DNA of 64,000 nucleotides from Bacteroidales bacterium. GTDB taxonomy: Bacteria > Bacteroidota > Bacteroidia > Bacteroidales > UBA12077. This document shows, one piece after another, positions 59,452 through 64,000 of this stretch. The notes under the pieces were generated by a model. That model was not told where the DNA came from, made no database searches, and saw only the letters and a list, made by a program, of their open reading frames with translations. The stretch is taken from assembly GCA_030637515.1 (NCBI GenBank), contig DAOWGM010000155.1, forward strand, positions 12,532-76,531, in the 5' to 3' direction. The number at the start of each line of letters is the position of its first letter. The stretch's first letter is position 1. The position numbers and the translations under genes were made by a program.

Positions 59452-60169
59452 AATCCACATCAATATAATTTCCCCTTGGAGAAGGGGATTAAGGGGATCG
59501 ATAAATAGCTTTCAAACAAATCCCCCTAACCCCCTTTTAATAAAAGGGGGAATATTATTATTGGCAATTGTGATTTTCATTTCCAGTTGTTCTGCTCCCT
59601 ATAAAAACTTAAATAAAATTGAGTATTCTCCCGATCACATAAAAAATATACCTTATGCTCTTCCCTTTTCTGAAAAAACCTTAATTTATAAAACTGACAT
59701 CAGCTTTTATAAGAATGATATCAGTGGATTGTTAATCATTAAGAAAATGGATGAAAGCATTTATCGCATTGCTTTAACTACACAGTTTGGATTAAAGATT
59801 TTTGATTTTGAGCTGAATCATGGCATTCTCAATGTAAAATACTGTGTCGAATATTTAAATAAACAGCTTATCATAAATACCTTCCAGAATGATTTCAATT
59901 TGCTTTTAATGCAAAATAAATCAGAAGCTCAGTATTTGATCGATAATTCGATACAAAATCAAAAAATATGGCAATTTACATCAGGTAAATTAAACTATAA
60001 TTACATTCAAAACACTGATTCAGAAAAGATTGAAATCATTAATCTTAAAAAACGAAATTCTGAAAAAATATCTGTAGGTTTGCAAAATTACACTGATGAT
60101 ATTCCCAGAAATATTACTTTGGAACATCATAATATTAAATTGAAAATGAATTTAAAATTGATACAATAA
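59429..60169 (+). CDS. Hypothetical lipoprotein of the cluster
   Basis: Lipobox ISSC; SGLLIIKK and FGLKIFDFE motifs; overlaps the lolA-like stop. Confidence 0.78.
   Translation: MRNLISNKIHINIISPWRRGLRGSINSFQTNPPNPLLIKGGILLLAIVIFISSCSAPYKNLNKIEYSPDHIKNIPYALPFSEKTLIYKTDISFYKNDISGLLIIKKMDESIYRIALTTQFGLKIFDFELNHGILNVKYCVEYLNKQLIINTFQNDFNLLLMQNKSEAQYLIDNSIQNQKIWQFTSGKLNYNYIQNTDSEKIEIINLKKRNSEKISVGLQNYTDDIPRNITLEHHNIKLKMNLKLIQ
59470..59552. repeat. GC-rich nested palindromic (REP-like) element
   Basis: TCCCCTT-ggag-AAGGGGA-TTAAGGGGAT ... ATCCCCCTAA-CCCCCTTTT-aat-AAAAGGGGG. Confidence 0.75.
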
Positions 60170-60173
60170 GACC

Positions 60174-60548
60174 ATGCTTTTAAAAAATTTCTATACCATA
60201 GTTGAATTAGATTATAGCGATAAGGAAAATGTAAAAGCAATTATCGACTTAAATAAAGAACATGAGGTTTATGAAGGTCACTTCCCAGGGAATCCTGTAG
60301 TTCCAGGAGTTTGCCTTACTCAATTAATCAAGGAAGTAATGGAAAACGTCGAAGGCATGGATCTTAGTTTAGTTTATGCAAGTAATATTAAATTTATGGC
60401 TGTTGTTAATCCTGAAATTAATAGCCGACTTCAAATTGATCTTAAAGTTAAATATGATACTGAGCAAAACATTATAAAAGTTGATAGTATTACACATTTT
60501 AACGATCAGGTTTTTTACAAATTTAAGGGTAACTTTAAGGCAAAATAA
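60174..60548 (+). CDS. 3-hydroxyacyl-ACP dehydratase (FabZ/ApeI-like)
   Basis: GHFPGNPVVPGV and NIKF motifs. Confidence 0.9.
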   Translation: MLLKNFYTIVELDYSDKENVKAIIDLNKEHEVYEGHFPGNPVVPGVCLTQLIKEVMENVEGMDLSLVYASNIKFMAVVNPEINSRLQIDLKVKYDTEQNIIKVDSITHFNDQVFYKFKGNFKAK

Positions 60549-60560
60549 ATAACCGGAAAA

Positions 60561-61775
60561 ATGGCTGCGGATAAATACAAAGAATTATTCAGGGAGAAAA
60601 AGTGTTGTGTAATTATTCCAACTTATAATAATCATCAAACCATTGAGCAGGTTATTAATGATGTATTAGAATACACCGATCAAGTTGTTGTAGTTAACGA
60701 CGGATCAACAGATAATACAACTGAAATACTTAGGAAATTCACTCAGATTGATATTGTTAGCTATGCAAAGAATAAAGGAAAAGGGTACGCTCTAAGACAA
60801 GGATTCAAGTTCGCATGGTCAAAAGATTATCAATATGCCATTACAATTGACTCTGACGGTCAACACTTTGCCACAGATTTGCCAAACTTTGTTGAAGCGA
60901 TTGAAAAGAATCCTAATGCGATAATTATTGGAAATCGAAATATGGAGCAGGAAGGGATTCCCGGAAAGAGTAGTTTCGGAAATCGTTTTTCCAATTTTTG
61001 GTTTAAGTTCGAGACAGGGATAAAAATGCCCGACACGCAATCTGGTTATAGGTTATATCCACTCAAGCCACTAAGTAAAATGTTCTTTTTTACTCGTAAA
61101 TATGAGTTTGAAATTGAAGTAATAGTTCGTGCTGCATGGAAAGGTGTTGATGTTACAGATGTTCCAATTCAAATATATTATGCGCCCATTGAAACTCGTG
61201 TTTCTCATTTCAGACCATTTCGTGATTTCTCAAGAGTAAGTATTCTAAACACAATTCTGGTTATTTATGCTTTGCTTATTGTAAAGCCATTTGAGTTTAT
61301 ACGCAAACTGAATAAAAAAAATATTCAGGCATTTTTTCGCGATCAGATTCTTCAAAACAAAGAACCCAATATTAAAATCACTTTAGCAGTAATGCTTGGT
61401 TTATTTATGGGAGTTGCTCCTGTGTGGGGTTATCAGATGCTAATTGCATTTGCTTTGGCTCATCTTTTAAAACTGAATAAAATTATTGTTTTGGTAACTT
61501 CAAATATTAGTATTCCTCCAATGATTCCTGTTATCATATTTGCCAGTTTCAGAATTGGCGGATTATTTATTGAATCAAATAGGCTTAATGTAATATTTGA
61601 CAGAGGATTAAGTCTTGATTTAATTAAAGACAATATAGTTCAATACCTTGTAGGAAGCCTTGTATTTGGTATTATTTTAGCTGTTGTATTTGGTATTATA
61701 ACGTATATTCTACTTCTGATTTTCAGAAAAAAACCTGTACTTCAGAAAGAATTTGCAAAATCTTATCAGGATTAA
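60561..61775 (+). CDS. GT2 glycosyltransferase fused to a DUF2062 membrane domain
   Basis: IPTYNN, VNDGSTD, DSDGQH, DTQSGYR and SHFRP; hydrophobic C-terminal domain. Confidence 0.92.
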   Translation: MAADKYKELFREKKCCVIIPTYNNHQTIEQVINDVLEYTDQVVVVNDGSTDNTTEILRKFTQIDIVSYAKNKGKGYALRQGFKFAWSKDYQYAITIDSDGQHFATDLPNFVEAIEKNPNAIIIGNRNMEQEGIPGKSSFGNRFSNFWFKFETGIKMPDTQSGYRLYPLKPLSKMFFFTRKYEFEIEVIVRAAWKGVDVTDVPIQIYYAPIETRVSHFRPFRDFSRVSILNTILVIYALLIVKPFEFIRKLNKKNIQAFFRDQILQNKEPNIKITLAVMLGLFMGVAPVWGYQMLIAFALAHLLKLNKIIVLVTSNISIPPMIPVIIFASFRIGGLFIESNRLNVIFDRGLSLDLIKDNIVQYLVGSLVFGIILAVVFGIITYILLLIFRKKPVLQKEFAKSYQD

Positions 61776-61786
61776 TCTAAAAAAGA

Positions 61787-64000
61787 ATGTCTAATTTATT
61801 TAATGCTCTATACGAACTCTTTCAAAAATTTAGAATCTCATTCATATTTCTGATCCTGATTATTTTTGGATCTTCAGCATACCTTGTTACAAAAATCAAG
61901 TTCGAAGAAGATATTACCAGAATGCTTCCTTCGGATGAGAATATTCAGAGAATAAGTATGGTTTCACAGAATATCAACTTTATGGATAAGTTGATAATAA
62001 ACATTGCTTTAAGCGATACTACTCTGAATTCTGATCCACAAAAATTAATTGATTTTGCCGATCAGTTAAATGCTAAAATTTCGATTTATCAACCAGAATT
62101 AATTAAAGATATAAACTATCAGGTTTCAGATAAAATCATGTACGATGTATATGATACTTTCTTTGAAAATTTGCCTGTATTTCTTGAAGATAAGGATTAC
62201 AAAAGAATTGATAGTTTAATTCTACAATCTGCAGTTGAAAGCTCTGTAAGAAACAATTTCAAAACGCTTATTTCTCCCGCAAGTATGGTAATGAAGCAGT
62301 TCATTATGAAAGATCCGCTTCACTTTACTCCTATTATATTAGATAAGTTGAATACTTTTCAAATTGGCGATAATTATGAAATTTATAATAGCAGGATCTT
62401 TACTAAGGATAAAAAGAACCTGAGCATTTTTATTACATCAGCATTCCCATCAGGAGAAACTCAGAAAAACGGAAAACTAATTGAAATTCTTGATCAAACC
62501 ATTGATAGCCTCGAAATACAGTTTAATCAGGAAATAAACGCACAATATTATGGTGCTGCTGCAGTAGCTGTTGGAAATGCAAATCGCATTAAAAAAGACA
62601 TAAAACTTACAGTTACCATTGCATTAATTGTGCTTTTGGTATTTATGAGTTTGTTTTTCAGGAAGAAAAGCATTTTTCTTATTCTATTTCTTCCTGCAAT
62701 TTTTGGAGGGAGCTTATCTCTCGCAATTCTTTATTTGATAAAGGGTTCCATTTCAGCAATATCGCTGGGAATAGGATCTGTACTTCTTGGAATTACGGTT
62801 GATTATTCTTTACACCTATTCACACATTACCGAAGTGTAGGCGATGTAAAGAAAGTAATGAAAGATATTGCAACTCCTGTCTTAATGAGCACCTTAACAA
62901 CAGCTTCTGCATTCTTATGTTTGCTATTTGTTAGCTCAAAAGCATTGCAAGATTTAGGAATGTTTGCAGCAATTAGTGTAGTTGTGGCTGCTCTTTTTTC
63001 ATTAATTGTGCTTCCTCACTTTCTTAAGAAAAGAGATTTTGATAAAGCTCAAAAAGACAACAGGAAATCAATCATCGAAAAAATCACATCTTACCCTTAC
63101 GAAAAAAATAAATATTTAATTCTTGGAATTGTAGCATTTACAATTGTTTCCATGTTTTTCTCTGGAAAAACGTCATTTGATGGTGATATGGATAAAATGA
63201 GCTATTTGTCCGAAGATTTAAAAGCAGCTGAAAATAATCTGAATAAAATAGCTAATGTCACACTTAAATCAGTTTATCTTATAAGTACTGGAGATAATCT
63301 GCAAGAGGCATTAATGAATAACGAAAAAGCTATTCCTGAGCTTGAGAAGTTAAAGCAAGAAAACATCATTAATCAATATACTTCGGTAAGTAAAATTCTA
63401 ATTTCAGATTCACTTCAAGAAGAAAGAATCAAGAAGTGGAATTCTTTCTGGACTACCGAAAAAGTAAATAAATTGAAATTAAATCTTCAGAATGTAGGAG
63501 GAAAGTATAAGTTCAAGCCAGAAGCTTTTTCATCGTTTTATCAGTTATTAGAAAAAGACTTTGAGACTATCAATCAAGAAGACTTAGGTGAATTAAGAAA
63601 AATGTTTTTAAATGAATATATAACCGAACATGATGATATCACTACAGTTGTGAGCATATTAAAAGCAGATGAGAAAAATAAACCAATCATATACGAATCA
63701 TTTAAAAATAATGAAAGCTTAGTTGTTTTTGATAAGAAATATATGACCGATAATTTGGTGCGTGTTCTGAAAGATGATTTCAATTTACTAGTAAAACTTT
63801 CGTTGGGAATTGTTTTCTTAATCCTGCTGTTATCATTTGGAAGAATTGAATTAGCATTATTAACTTTTATTCCTATGGCTATTTCGTGGATTTGGACTTT
63901 AGGTTTAATGGGAATATTCGGAATAAAGTTCACAATCTTTAACATCATTATTTCGACTTTCATATTTGGATTAGGAATCGATTACTCGATTTTCATTATG
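61787..64000 (+). CDS. MMPL/RND-family lipid exporter, 3'-truncated (absent from the ORF track)
   Basis: Starts ATG TCT AAT (MSNLFNALY...KFEEDITRMLP); GITVDYSLH and terminal GLGIDYSIF MMPL motifs; runs off the window end. Confidence 0.9.
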   Translation, partial: MSNLFNALYELFQKFRISFIFLILIIFGSSAYLVTKIKFEEDITRMLPSDENIQRISMVSQNINFMDKLIINIALSDTTLNSDPQKLIDFADQLNAKISIYQPELIKDINYQVSDKIMYDVYDTFFENLPVFLEDKDYKRIDSLILQSAVESSVRNNFKTLISPASMVMKQFIMKDPLHFTPIILDKLNTFQIGDNYEIYNSRIFTKDKKNLSIFITSAFPSGETQKNGKLIEILDQTIDSLEIQFNQEINAQYYGAAAVAVGNANRIKKDIKLTVTIALIVLLVFMSLFFRKKSIFLILFLPAIFGGSLSLAILYLIKGSISAISLGIGSVLLGITVDYSLHLFTHYRSVGDVKKVMKDIATPVLMSTLTTASAFLCLLFVSSKALQDLGMFAAISVVVAALFSLIVLPHFLKKRDFDKAQKDNRKSIIEKITSYPYEKNKYLILGIVAFTIVSMFFSGKTSFDGDMDKMSYLSEDLKAAENNLNKIANVTLKSVYLISTGDNLQEALMNNEKAIPELEKLKQENIINQYTSVSKILISDSLQEERIKKWNSFWTTEKVNKLKLNLQNVGGKYKFKPEAFSSFYQLLEKDFETINQEDLGELRKMFLNEYITEHDDITTVVSILKADEKNKPIIYESFKNNESLVVFDKKYMTDNLVRVLKDDFNLLVKLSLGIVFLILLLSFGRIELALLTFIPMAISWIWTLGLMGIFGIKFTIFNIIISTFIFGLGIDYSIFIM

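Noticed and set aside
1302-61040. Numerous 60-130 aa ORFs overlapping larger genes (e.g. 1302-1625, 12661-13053, 37514-37876, 52015-52335)
   Set aside because: They are antisense or out-of-frame shadows of well-supported CDSs and have no motifs.
63574-63963. 129-aa minus-strand ORF
   Set aside because: Antisense shadow of the MMPL gene that runs off the window end.

Overview
AT-rich bacterial DNA with the gene content and TAnnTTTG-type -7 promoter elements of Bacteroidota, probably an anaerobic or facultative Bacteroidales/Marinilabiliales-like organism (inferred). Positions 1-36 kb are mostly housekeeping and accessory genes: rsmE, a DUF885 protein, an SPFH gene with an Arc-type regulator, an ECF sigma factor, uvrA, yggS, serC-serA-DUF1015, gcvT, OmpA/TPR proteins, RNase H, a TonB-dependent receptor and a B12 radical SAM enzyme. 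From about 36.3 kb to beyond the window end lies a large divergently transcribed type II PKS/FAS lipid cluster. Its right arm follows the aryl-polyene/flexirubin plan (TAL, FabG, 3 KS, 2 CLF-like, ACPs, LpxL-like acyltransferase, dehydratases, BtrH-like protein, ABC, LolA, GT2, MMPL). However, no darA/darB is visible in the window and the arm carries a 'lipid biosynthesis' B12-radical SAM enzyme. Its left arm is an extra module: a duplicated HTH-like/BtrH pair, two more ACPs, a sulfotransferase, another B12-radical SAM enzyme, a dedicated PPTase and a FabD-like acyltransferase lacking the malonyl-binding Arg. Non-coding signals include complementary heptamer-repeat arms around a four-helix-bundle gene with an 'empty' copy one gene away, palindromic elements read in-frame in two signal peptides, a hairpin occluding a small ORF's start, a candidate Arc operator and a decayed steroid-5-alpha-reductase fragment. 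No rRNA, tRNA, CRISPR or transposase was recognised. All family calls come from motif recognition, not database searches.
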